A DNA stretch of 64,000 bases from a plasmid: sequence record NZ_CP013725.1, one strand, 5' to 3'. The notes under the pieces are model-generated. The model had not been told where the DNA came from, did not search any database, and worked only from the letters and a program-made list of their open reading frames with translations. Of the stretch, positions 30,717 through 39,448 are shown one piece after another. Made by a program: the position numbers and the translations under genes. Position 1 is the first letter of the stretch. The number at the start of each line of letters is the position of its first letter.

Positions 30717-30845
30717 ATACATATAGGGTTTCTTTTTATTCACGACAGCTTGGTATTGCTAGTATTTATTACGATATCGTCATGACGATATCGTAACTAT
30801 TTACTAAAATGAAAGTACGTTAAATAAAAGGAACGGAGTATCATA

Positions 30846-31100
30846 ATGGCGCGATTTGAAGCGGAACCAGATGTTAAAATCCGGGTCAATATCCTGGGTA
30901 TATGTGAAAAATATAATATATCAATGAGTGAGCTTTCCAAAATAGCAGACATCGATCTAGGAAAATTAATTGCTTTGTCGAGAGATGAACGACAACGTGT
31001 ACAACTTGCTCACTTAGAACGCATTTGTCAATCACTGCATATTCGTGATGCCAGAGAACTGTTATTAATTGAAGTGATCAATGAGGAGGAGCAAGGGTAA
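30846..31100 (+). CDS. XRE/Cro-type helix-turn-helix transcriptional regulator
   Basis: 84 aa. HTH-like ISMSELSKIADIDLGKLIALSRDERQRVQLAHLERICQSL. RBS AAAGGAACGGAG. Confidence 0.6.
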   Translation: MARFEAEPDVKIRVNILGICEKYNISMSELSKIADIDLGKLIALSRDERQRVQLAHLERICQSLHIRDARELLLIEVINEEEQG

Positions 31101-31103
31101 ATT

Positions 31104-32075
31104 GTGAAAACATTGCGAGAAATAAAAAAGGAAAAACAATCTGTAATGATTATTTTAGCAGAGTTGTACGAAGAACATGATCTATCCTTTCCAGACCATA
31201 AAGCAGGAAGCAAGATAGGCTGTCCTGTTTGTGATCAGATAGTAACATGTACCAGCGTTATTAAGCGATTAGAAAACGAAATAGCTACTTACGGTAAAAG
31301 TCAGAGAAGCGAACCAGGCAGTGCAAAGAATAAAGTATTGGAAGAAAATAAGATTCTACATTCGGAAAATATGGAAGATATGGAACGTGTTTTACATTGG
31401 GAACGTGTATTTACAAAACGAATGTATCAGGATTTGACAAGTGCCGGCTGGACTTCTGCAGAGATTCGAGATAACTATGATATTCCTGATTTTTTCTTTA
31501 AACGTTGGAAATATAAACATGAACTTTATGTGGCTGTTCCACTGATATATCGCGTAAAGACAGTGGATGAACGGGTATTCTTTTATAAAGTTTTTTTGGA
31601 GAAAGATATTTTTTTTCTTACTCACTTAGATAATTTACTTATAGATAGATACGATCGCGTGGAAAAAGAGAACTGGACGGACATTTATTTTTGGCATCAA
31701 GGGGCATATCGAACACTTCATCAAGTGATCCTAAATAGTGAGTTCGGAAAAATTGGTGAAACTGTTGTACGGCTTCATAATGTTCAATATTGTAAGCGAA
31801 AAGAAGCAGAGCAAGTGATCTTTTATGATGGGGATAATAAGGCAGATATTGATGCTTTTTGTGAGCCTCATGAGGTTGTAGCATTAAAGAAGAAAAAGAA
31901 GTTACACTTTTCTACGAATTACGGCTCCGTAACACTGGGACCGGGTGAATTTTTAGTACGAGATATGACTAATCGGTTTTATCGGTATACAAAGGATGAA
32001 TTTCATCAAATGTATGAACTGACAGAAAATAAGCATGATATTGGATTAATCAGTGAGGCAACTTATCATGGATAA
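31104..32075 (+). CDS. Hypothetical 323-aa protein translationally coupled to the upstream HTH regulator
   Basis: GTG start 4 nt after the regulator stop. CxxC pair (CPVCDQIVTC). No other recognisable motif. Confidence 0.5.
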   Translation: MKTLREIKKEKQSVMIILAELYEEHDLSFPDHKAGSKIGCPVCDQIVTCTSVIKRLENEIATYGKSQRSEPGSAKNKVLEENKILHSENMEDMERVLHWERVFTKRMYQDLTSAGWTSAEIRDNYDIPDFFFKRWKYKHELYVAVPLIYRVKTVDERVFFYKVFLEKDIFFLTHLDNLLIDRYDRVEKENWTDIYFWHQGAYRTLHQVILNSEFGKIGETVVRLHNVQYCKRKEAEQVIFYDGDNKADIDAFCEPHEVVALKKKKKLHFSTNYGSVTLGPGEFLVRDMTNRFYRYTKDEFHQMYELTENKHDIGLISEATYHG

Positions 32076-32221
32076 TAGGAAGTGTGATACTTTTCGCAAC
32101 GGCGGTGGCGGTTGGAGTGTAAGGGAGGTTGATTGTTGAAGCAGGTAATGCCAAATAGGATCTTAATTTGGCGTTATCGGCTGAAAGAATCAAAACTATC
32201 ATGAAGTAAAAGGAGATTATT

Positions 32222-32613
32222 ATGAAAATGAATCGATTTAATTTTAGAAAAAGTAGTCTGTTAGTTGGCTTTATTGTATTAATAGGCGGCTTGTTTCTGG
32301 CTGGCTGCGAAGGGGATGCAGGCGAACTTGATGCGAAACAGAACTAAAAATATAAACTGGTTTATAGTGAGTACTGGCTTCCCAACATGAAAAGGGTAAG
32401 TATGCAATTGGCTATATAAAAGCCGGCAAGGAAAAGCAAACATATATTAATGGGGAGTATGTAGAAGAGCGAATCTTAACGAATCCGGATAAAGAACCCT
32501 ATTTGATGACGGATGGAATAAAAGTAAAAGTTTACTGGCAGCCGTATCAACGATATATCTATCCGGATGTAGCAAAGGCCAAAGTCATCGAAAAAGAAAC
32601 GCACGGAAAGTAG
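32222..32613 (+). pseudogene. Frameshifted small lipoprotein gene (signal peptide with LAGC lipobox, then a frame change)
   Basis: MKMNRFNFRKSSLLVGFIVLIGGLFLAGC... terminates after 41 codons. The mature-domain-like sequence GKYAIGYIKAGKEKQTYINGEYVEERILTNPDKEPYLMTDGIKVKVYWQPY continues in another frame. Confidence 0.45.
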
Positions 32614-32970
32614 GTGATCATCGTGAAAAAACGCTCTACATGGATGCTGCTGATAGGGGTAATCTTTGGGGTAGCCTTGCTGCTTTTGCCAGATAATATC
32701 CAAGCGGCGCCGGTGGTTAGTCATCCGGCCACGTCAGCTGCGCGCGGAAAAACGGCTTCTTCGGCGGCAGCATCGAAAGCACCCTCTTCAGCTGGATTGC
32801 GGTCAGCTGTCGGCCGTAATGCTATCCAATCGATACCAAAGGCATTTTATAAGGGGAATATCGGCAATAAAAACAAGGGAGCGAAAGGGTTTAATAAGGC
32901 CAACAATCGGAATCATGCCACCGTTTTTGCGCCGTTTCGTGGATTCCCGGTAGCAGCCGGGATCTCGTAG
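32614..32970 (+). CDS. Small secreted Ala/Ser/Lys/Asn-rich protein with a signal peptide
   Basis: Signal peptide with an AxA-type site (NIQA/AP). GC content about 50%, higher than the flanks. Confidence 0.45.
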   Translation: MIIVKKRSTWMLLIGVIFGVALLLLPDNIQAAPVVSHPATSAARGKTASSAAASKAPSSAGLRSAVGRNAIQSIPKAFYKGNIGNKNKGAKGFNKANNRNHATVFAPFRGFPVAAGIS

Positions 32971-32974
32971 CATT

Positions 32975-33239
32975 ATGGGAAAAACAATTTTTATCATGCT
33001 GCTTTTCCTTATTGGCTATTTTATATGCAGGTTGCAAGTCAGCAGATCCCGAAAAGAAAACGGCCTTATTAGAAGCTTTAGATCAGCAAGCCAAAACCTA
33101 TTTCATTACAATCCAAGTGGGGGAAAAGAAGCGCATGATCAGTGTCACGAAAACAGAATATCAGCAGGTTAAAATCGGCCAAACTATATCTTTGCGGCAG
33201 GGAAACTGTATACTCAATATAATCCTTCTACACTATTGA
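32975..33239 (+). pseudogene. Second possibly frameshifted small lipoprotein (signal peptide in one frame, YAGC lipobox and mature part in the overlapping frame)
   Basis: ORFs 32975-33172 and 33012-33239 overlap in different frames. One carries the hydrophobic leader and the other LYAGCKSADPEKK... Confidence 0.3.
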
Positions 33240-33272
33240 CTATTAACAATAGTTATGATATGATTATTGCAG

Positions 33273-33360
33273 ATAAAGTCGAAGGACAATATCGACTTCT
33301 CAAAAAGAAAATGTTCATAGTTGATAAAGTCGTAGAGAGCGCGACTTCTCAAAAAGAAAG
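33273..33360. repeat. Two tandem ~38-bp direct repeats, each with an internal hairpin (AAGTCG...CGACTT) followed by CTCAAAAAGAAA
   Basis: GATAAAGTCGAAGGACAATATCGACTTCTCAAAAAGAAA at 33273-33310 and GATAAAGTCGTAGAGAGCGCGACTTCTCAAAAAGAAAG at 33323-33360. Confidence 0.7.
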
Positions 33361-33394
33361 TCTCTTTTTTTTTATATAAAAAGGGGAAAACTAA

Positions 33395-33934
33395 ATGTTA
33401 GCTAAAGGTAGTTTATATTTCTTTTTTATGAATTCATCTTATTTTCAGGATTATGGGGAAATAGATGAATTTCAAACGGACATCCAAAGAGGTCATGGAG
33501 TAACTATACTAGAGATATCTCCAGAAATCATGGTTGCTATCCCTATGCGCTCAAGCCTAAGGCCTTACATGAAAAATCAGAGACATCTGTTTCCTTATAA
33601 AGTTTATGAAAAAGAAGATGGAAATGAAGCGTTAAAAGCATTGGACTTTAGTAAGTTAACTATAATTGACGAAAAGTATATTGATAAATCTACTACTTAT
33701 TTTTTTCAAGATGATGCTGAAAGGTCTTATTACCTGGAGAATTTTGATAGAATAAGTACCCTAATAAAGAATTATATTAATAGCTACATAAGAATGTGTG
33801 AAACAATAAAAAAGGGAGAGGGAATTAGCATCAGCTATAAAAAAATGTTTCGGTATAGTACATTAAGAAATTTTCATGAAGAATTAGGTATATCGATATC
33901 TAAAGAAGAAATAATTAATTGCCTTAATCAATAA
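33395..33934 (+). CDS. Hypothetical protein in an AT-rich (~28% GC) islet next to a resolvase
   Basis: 179-aa ORF. RBS AAAAGGGGAAAA. No recognisable domain. Confidence 0.45.
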   Translation: MLAKGSLYFFFMNSSYFQDYGEIDEFQTDIQRGHGVTILEISPEIMVAIPMRSSLRPYMKNQRHLFPYKVYEKEDGNEALKALDFSKLTIIDEKYIDKSTTYFFQDDAERSYYLENFDRISTLIKNYINSYIRMCETIKKGEGISISYKKMFRYSTLRNFHEELGISISKEEIINCLNQ

Positions 33935-34113
33935 ACTTGAGTAAATTATTTTCTTCTTACCAAGAGTCTAGAAATTATAATTTCTAGACTTTTTTTATGC
34001 TGACGAACGAATGCGGGTTTTGAGTATATAAAATTGCTTGATTTTGTCTATAAGATAGTCTATAATTAAAGGTATAGAATATTGAATATTATAGACTGTT
34101 AGAAGGTGGAAAA

Positions 34114-34713
34114 GTGAAATTAGGATATGCACGTGTCAGTACCGTTGGTCAAGATCTGCAGACACAGATTGAAAAGCTCAAAAATGTAGGGATCACGGAT
34201 GACTATTTATATATTGAAAAAAAATCTGGAACGACCACAAGAAATCGACATGAGCTTGAAAATTTACTGAAGCAGGCAAGAACAGGTGATCATGTTTTTG
34301 TGACAAAGATCGATCGATTAGCAAGATCGATTATTGATTTAAATAACGTGATGAACCGATTTAAAGAAAAAGGCGTCAGCGTCACTTTTTTAGATAATAA
34401 CATGACGTTTGAAGCAGATACCGAAAATAATGCGATGCAACGTCTGTTATTTAATGTTCTTGGCTCTTTTGCAGAATTTGAGCGCGATATGATCGTTAAC
34501 CGAACCGGAGAAGGCCGAAAACGTGCAAAAGCAGCTGGAAAAAAATTAGGACGAACAGGACAACCAGAAGAAAAAATTCGGAGAGCAATCGCGATGTGGC
34601 AGAATAGAAAACAATTGGATGTATCTATTTCTGAAATTGTAGAAGATACTGGTGTTCCAAAAGCAACGCTTTATAAAAAAATAAAGGAGATGGAGAGAGG
34701 GAATAAAAGATAA
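34114..34713 (+). CDS. Serine recombinase/resolvase
   Basis: MKLGYARVSTVGQDL catalytic motif and C-terminal HTH (KATLYKKI). GTG start after AAGGTGG. Confidence 0.88.
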   Translation: MKLGYARVSTVGQDLQTQIEKLKNVGITDDYLYIEKKSGTTTRNRHELENLLKQARTGDHVFVTKIDRLARSIIDLNNVMNRFKEKGVSVTFLDNNMTFEADTENNAMQRLLFNVLGSFAEFERDMIVNRTGEGRKRAKAAGKKLGRTGQPEEKIRRAIAMWQNRKQLDVSISEIVEDTGVPKATLYKKIKEMERGNKR

Positions 34714-34866
34714 TTTATATCACTATTTTTGGATTCGTCTTGGTTTTGCTAGTTACGGCCGTGTTTAGTCAAGTATCTTAAACTTGGAGAAATTGACTTA
34801 TGAATCCGGTTGCAATGTGAGAGAGAAGGATGAACACAAAAAAAAGGATATAATAGGGAGGATAAA

Positions 34867-35157
34867 ATGAAAAAGAGAATGTATTGTTTAGTGATGCTTC
34901 TTGCGTTCGTGTTGTTGGTTAGTTTATCAAATCAACAAGTAGCAGCATCAGAAACGGGAAATGATGATAAAGAAATTCAAACATTGTATCAAAAAGCGAT
35001 TAATGAAAAGAAAGTAGATCCTAATAAGTTAGTAAATAAATTTTTTATTATGTGTTCATTCGCAAGCTTCAGTTTTTGGCTGGAGCTTTTTTATTATTTA
35101 ATAAAATTTAAACTTGCCAAACAGAACATTTGTTTGTATAATTTAATACATAAATAG
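34867..35157 (+). CDS. Small protein with N-terminal signal peptide (hypothetical, possibly truncated)
   Basis: MKKRMYCLVMLLAFVLLVSLSNQQVAASE signal peptide. RBS GGGAGG. Confidence 0.35.
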   Translation: MKKRMYCLVMLLAFVLLVSLSNQQVAASETGNDDKEIQTLYQKAINEKKVDPNKLVNKFFIMCSFASFSFWLELFYYLIKFKLAKQNICLYNLIHK

Positions 35158-35170
35158 AACATTTGTTCTT
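35113..35170 (+). promoter_or_regulatory. SOS-type promoter with two Cheo/LexA boxes: TTGCCA-17-TATAAT with AGAACATTTGTTTG in the spacer and a perfect AGAACATTTGTTCT at the RBS
   Basis: -35 at 35113-35118 and -10 at 35136-35141. Box 1 at 35123-35136 (GAAC-N4-GTTT) and box 2 at 35157-35170 (GAAC-N4-GTTC). Confidence 0.7.
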
Positions 35171-35189
35171 GTTGGAGGAGGTCATTTCA

Positions 35190-35534
35190 ATGGCTTATCG
35201 AGATCGAGGCATGCAAAAGTGGCAAGGCATGATTCTATCCGAGCATACAGAACAACTAGAACAAGCAAAAAGAAAGTTATCTTGGCTACCGCAGCAAAGT
35301 GAAGAATGCCTGGTAGAAATTTTAAGCTACGCTGTTACAAAGCAGCATGCTATAATGATACAACGACTTACAGAAGATGAAAATGGTTATCCCCTCCCCT
35401 TTGTGGTAGGTAGAATCGTTGGTGTGGAAGACGATCGTATGTTTATTAGAGATATGGCCGGAGAGATCACTGTGTTGACATTTGACGATATTAATCATAT
35501 TTCAGAAGGGACAATCGAAAAATGGTACAGGTAG
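35190..35534 (+). CDS. yolD: YolD-like protein (companion of Y-family polymerase genes)
   Basis: Small protein immediately upstream of, and overlapping, a UmuC-like gene. Start at ATG 35190 after GGAGGAGG. Confidence 0.6.
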   Translation: MAYRDRGMQKWQGMILSEHTEQLEQAKRKLSWLPQQSEECLVEILSYAVTKQHAIMIQRLTEDENGYPLPFVVGRIVGVEDDRMFIRDMAGEITVLTFDDINHISEGTIEKWYR

Positions 35535-36874
35535 AAGATTACACCCACGTCCCCTCTCGCGATATTCTTTGTGTCGATGTGAAGTCGTTTTTTGCCAGTG
35601 TGGAGTGCGTTAAACGTGGATTAGATCCACTCCAGGCTTTTCTTGTCGTCATGAGTAATGCAGATCGCGCCGGAGGATTGGTGCTTGCAGCAAGTCCTCA
35701 AATGAAGAAAGTTTTTCGAATTAAGACAGGATCTAGAAAATTTGAAGTGCCAGAGGACGATCCTCGCATTATTATTGCTCCCCCTAGAATGAAACTGTAT
35801 TTAAAAGTGAATGAGCTCATCCAGAAAATCTTCCTTCGATACGTTTCCAGGGAAGATTTTCATGTGTATTCGATTGATGAGGCTTTTTTAGATGTGACAA
35901 ATAGCAAGAAACTTTTTGGATCAGCAGAAGAGATCGCAAAAAAAATTCAAACAGATATTTTAAAGGAGTTAAGGCTGTATGTCACGGTTGGTATTGGCGA
36001 CAATCCCCTTCTTGCAAAATTAGCCCTGGATAATGCAGCTAAACATCAAAAATCAGGTATTGCGGAGTGGCGATATAAAGATGTACCGGCAACGGTGTGG
36101 AAGATCCGACCAATCACTGATTTTTGGGGAATCGGAAAAAGGACTGCTTTTCAGCTGGAGCGAATGGGTATCTATAGCATTTATGGTTTGAGCCAGATGC
36201 CTCCCTCCTATTTAAAAAAGCGTTTAGGTGTGATTGGAGAGCAGCTCTACTATCATTCGCATGGCATTGATTATAGTCGTTTGTCAGAAAAGTATAAGCC
36301 ACTTGAGAAGTCTTATGGTAAAAGCCAAATATTGGAAAAAGATTATCATGATCCGGAACAGGTCGCCGTGATTATTCAAGAAATGGTGGAAGAAGTAGCG
36401 ATGCGCTTGCGCAATCATCACGTCGATACCAGCGTCATTCATCTAAGCGCCGGCTACAGCCGATATTCCACTCGGAACGGTTTTAGCCACCAAAAAAAGA
36501 TCATGGCCACAAATAGCAGCAAGGAGCTTGTCCCCTACTTCTTAGAAATGTTTTGGAAGTATCAGGAAAATGATGCGGTGCGATCAGTTGCGGTTAGTTG
36601 TGGTGGCATCAAAAGAAAAACATCGATGCAGCTGAGTGTGTTTGAAGACTATACAAAAACGCTCCAGCAAGAGCAGCTAGAGCGGACGATTGATAAAATT
36701 AGAGATCGCTATGGTTTTAAAGCACTCATGCATGCTAATAGTTTGATTGATGGTGCTACCGGCTTGAAAGATCTGATTTGGTCGGTGGGCATAAAGGATA
36801 AAATAGTAATTACTATTTTTCTTTGCCATATCTGTTTGAGTGGAGTAAAATCTCGAGAGTATATTAGTGAATAG
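35522..36874 (+). CDS. umuC: Y-family DNA polymerase (UmuC/UvrX-like, error-prone repair)
   Basis: N-terminal ILCVDVKSFFASVE and SIDEAFLDVT catalytic motifs of Y-family polymerases. Resembles plasmid UV-resistance genes. Confidence 0.88.
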   Translation: MVQVEDYTHVPSRDILCVDVKSFFASVECVKRGLDPLQAFLVVMSNADRAGGLVLAASPQMKKVFRIKTGSRKFEVPEDDPRIIIAPPRMKLYLKVNELIQKIFLRYVSREDFHVYSIDEAFLDVTNSKKLFGSAEEIAKKIQTDILKELRLYVTVGIGDNPLLAKLALDNAAKHQKSGIAEWRYKDVPATVWKIRPITDFWGIGKRTAFQLERMGIYSIYGLSQMPPSYLKKRLGVIGEQLYYHSHGIDYSRLSEKYKPLEKSYGKSQILEKDYHDPEQVAVIIQEMVEEVAMRLRNHHVDTSVIHLSAGYSRYSTRNGFSHQKKIMATNSSKELVPYFLEMFWKYQENDAVRSVAVSCGGIKRKTSMQLSVFEDYTKTLQQEQLERTIDKIRDRYGFKALMHANSLIDGATGLKDLIWSVGIKDKIVITIFLCHICLSGVKSREYISE

Positions 36875-37345
36875 GAAGTAGGGTTTCATAATAACATACT
36901 ACCTAAATGTTGTTTATTAATTATGGTAGTATGTTACTACTATAAAATGGTTAGTGTGATTTAAATGGTAAAGTTTAAAATGATATGGTGATGCTAGAAC
37001 ACATTTAACAATGTATAACAATCTTGAGAGTATATTAGTGAATAGGAATTAGAATTTCATAATAACGTACTACCTAAATATTATTTATTAATTACGGTAG
37101 TATATTACTACCGTAAAATGGTTAGTGTGATTTAAATGACAACGGTTAATACAATCTGATGATGCTAAAACACATTTAACACTATTTAGAAATTAAGGTA
37201 GTATGATACTACCTTAATTTTAAAGGATGACTGATATAGAAACCATTCGATAAATAAATAACATACTACCTTAAATAAACTATTGTATTTTATTATGGTA
37301 GTATGTTATTATAATATATAAGGTAGTACATAATAAAAAATGAGG
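36845..37345. repeat. Iteron/centromere-like repeat cluster upstream of parA. It contains a ~170-bp tandem duplication plus further copies of the inverted motif ACATACTACC...GGTAGTATGT
   Basis: Unit 1 at about 36845-37020 and unit 2 at about 37023-37190 are near-identical. Multiple TAGTA/TACTA-containing 10-11-bp inverted pairs are present. Unit 1 overlaps the 3' end of the polymerase gene. Confidence 0.8.
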
Positions 37346-37353
37346 TGGAATAA

Positions 37354-38181
37354 ATGACAGCAAAAATTTATGTAATTGGTAATTTTAAAGGTGGAGTTGG
37401 TAAAAGCACTTCTGCACAAATGTTAGGTTTTGAATCTGCTATTAAAAAACAAAAAACATTACTTATAGACCTAGACATGCAAGGAAACACTTCAGACGTA
37501 ATGAATTTAACGCATATGAACTTTTCTGATGATGATGAAGTTATAGAATACGAAAATACAATAACTGATGTATTAATTAATGGTACTCCACCAGAACAAG
37601 CAGTGTATTCGGTTATTGAAAATTTAGATATTCTTCCAGCAGACATGTCATTTGAAATTTATGATGATTGGATTAAAAAGAATTTCCCAGAGTCAATAGA
37701 TCAATTCCAATATATGCAAAAAAGATTGAGCCCATTATTTGATAAATATGATGTTATTTATTTAGATGTCCCACCTTCCATTTCTGTATATAGCAAGTCG
37801 GCAATGTATATAGCAGAGTGGGCAATTGTCATTTTACAAACACAGGTTAAATCAATGCGTAATGCTATGCAATATCTTGAGTATATGGAATTTTTTGTAG
37901 ATGCTTTCGACACTGATTTAAAGATTGCTGGAGTTATCCCTTTCATGCTAGAAAGTGGTGATGCGGTTGACAAAGAAATGTATGAACTTGCCAAAAAAAC
38001 CTATGGAAAACATTTACTAAATAATGTTGTACTTAAAAATGCACGATTGAAGAGATATGATGGATCTGGTATTTCAATGGAGTTGAAAAAAAATGGTGAA
38101 ATAAAACAATGGGATAAGAAATGTCATGAACTTTTCACCGCAATTTTGGCTGAATTAAATGAACACGAATCATGGTATTGA
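37354..38181 (+). CDS. parA: ParA-family partition ATPase (RepB/PrgP-like)
   Basis: Deviant Walker A NFKGGVGKST. 275 aa. RBS GAGGTGG. Confidence 0.9.
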   Translation: MTAKIYVIGNFKGGVGKSTSAQMLGFESAIKKQKTLLIDLDMQGNTSDVMNLTHMNFSDDDEVIEYENTITDVLINGTPPEQAVYSVIENLDILPADMSFEIYDDWIKKNFPESIDQFQYMQKRLSPLFDKYDVIYLDVPPSISVYSKSAMYIAEWAIVILQTQVKSMRNAMQYLEYMEFFVDAFDTDLKIAGVIPFMLESGDAVDKEMYELAKKTYGKHLLNNVVLKNARLKRYDGSGISMELKKNGEIKQWDKKCHELFTAILAELNEHESWY

Positions 38182-38197
38182 TAAGGAGGAATGAAGT

Positions 38198-38695
38198 ATG
38201 GCTGACATTAAAGATTTAGGGATTTTTGGGGCAAAAAATAAAGGTCTGCAGAAGATCAAGGAAGCTTCTCACAAAAAAGAATCTAGTAGTAGACGCTCTT
38301 CCCCTATCGAACAAAAAAATGTAGTGAGAGAAAATAGAGATAACAAAAAAAATATAAAAACTAATAATTCCGTAGGTGCTCCAATAAAGAATTATGATCG
38401 AATCTATGTTGCATCACAGCCAATTAAATTGTCAGCGTTATTGAATTCAACATCAAGAGTATTAAATGAGAAATATATGGCTGGTTATACGAGAGATGAA
38501 ATTTTAAGACTAGCTCTCGATTCATATATTAAAATGAACTTCACAAAAGAAGATAAAATAGATCTATATAGAGATGTTTCTAAGGAATTAAATTTATTTA
38601 GAGAAAAACATCCAACTATCCCACGGGACGATATGACTGAAGAGGTTATTGAAGAACAGTCAGCAAATGAAATAAAAAAGAATTGGGGGCTATAG
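38198..38695 (+). CDS. Partition adaptor/centromere-binding protein (RepC/PrgO-like)
   Basis: 165-aa basic protein immediately downstream of parA. RBS AAGGAGG. Confidence 0.6.
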   Translation: MADIKDLGIFGAKNKGLQKIKEASHKKESSSRRSSPIEQKNVVRENRDNKKNIKTNNSVGAPIKNYDRIYVASQPIKLSALLNSTSRVLNEKYMAGYTRDEILRLALDSYIKMNFTKEDKIDLYRDVSKELNLFREKHPTIPRDDMTEEVIEEQSANEIKKNWGL

Positions 38696-38699
38696 TTAT

Positions 38700-39070
38700 A
38701 GTAGTATATTATTGGGATGAAACAGTCATTTCGGTAGTAGGTAAATATGTATACTCCCTTATTTAAGTAGTATATAATTGTAACATATTTAAAGTATAGG
38801 TAGTATACAACTACTATAATAAACAGCCAATGATTAAAGTAGTTATATACTACTTTAATCATTGGCTGTCAAAAACAAGTTTATCTCTCTAAATTAGAAA
38901 CAAAACAAATAATTAAAACTGATATTACATTATCTACTACTTTAATTAAGAATAATAATCACAATAAGGTAGTAGATAATGTATAATTAATACTAATTAT
39001 GGTAGTAGTGTACTACTGCAACTGACTGATTGCATACTACCGTAATATGTAATTGCCTACTACTTTAACA
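38700..39070. repeat. Second iteron cluster downstream of the partition genes (GGTAGTA/TACTACC motifs in direct and inverted pairs)
   Basis: At least 10 copies of TAGTAGTA/GGTAGTAG/TACTACTTTAA-type motifs. Includes the inverted pair GATTAAAGTAGTTATATACTACTTTAATC. Confidence 0.75.
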
Positions 39071-39448
39071 AACTTTTTGAAAAATTCTTTTTGCATTTTA
39101 TCAATTTATCTGCTATTTTTAATTTACAAATAAAAAAAGGAATCGCATTTCATAAAAAATGTACGTCCAATACATTTTTTATGAAACGTTACATATCGTC
39201 CAAATATGTAACTAAACGAAATCCTTCTTTGCTATAATATTCGATTGTTTATCTTAAAAAAATTATAGCATAAGTAGGCTTATTTAACAATGCTTTTAAC
39301 CGCATTTTATCTAAGGTTTTTAACGTTTCGTGGCGATAACTTGGCTACGAAACGTTTGTTGTTTTCTGACAAACTTTCTAATTGGCGAAGTTTGTCTTTT
39401 TTTATTGGCAAAATCGTGCGGATAAAAAACGGGAAAGGAGACCTCCTT

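Noticed and set aside
36845-39070. Possible CRISPR array suggested by many short TAGTA-containing repeats
   Set aside because: Repeats are 8-11 bp, irregularly spaced, arranged as inverted pairs and as a 170-bp tandem duplication, and they flank parA/parB. There are no uniform ~30-bp repeats with unique spacers and no cas genes. They are iterons or centromere sites.
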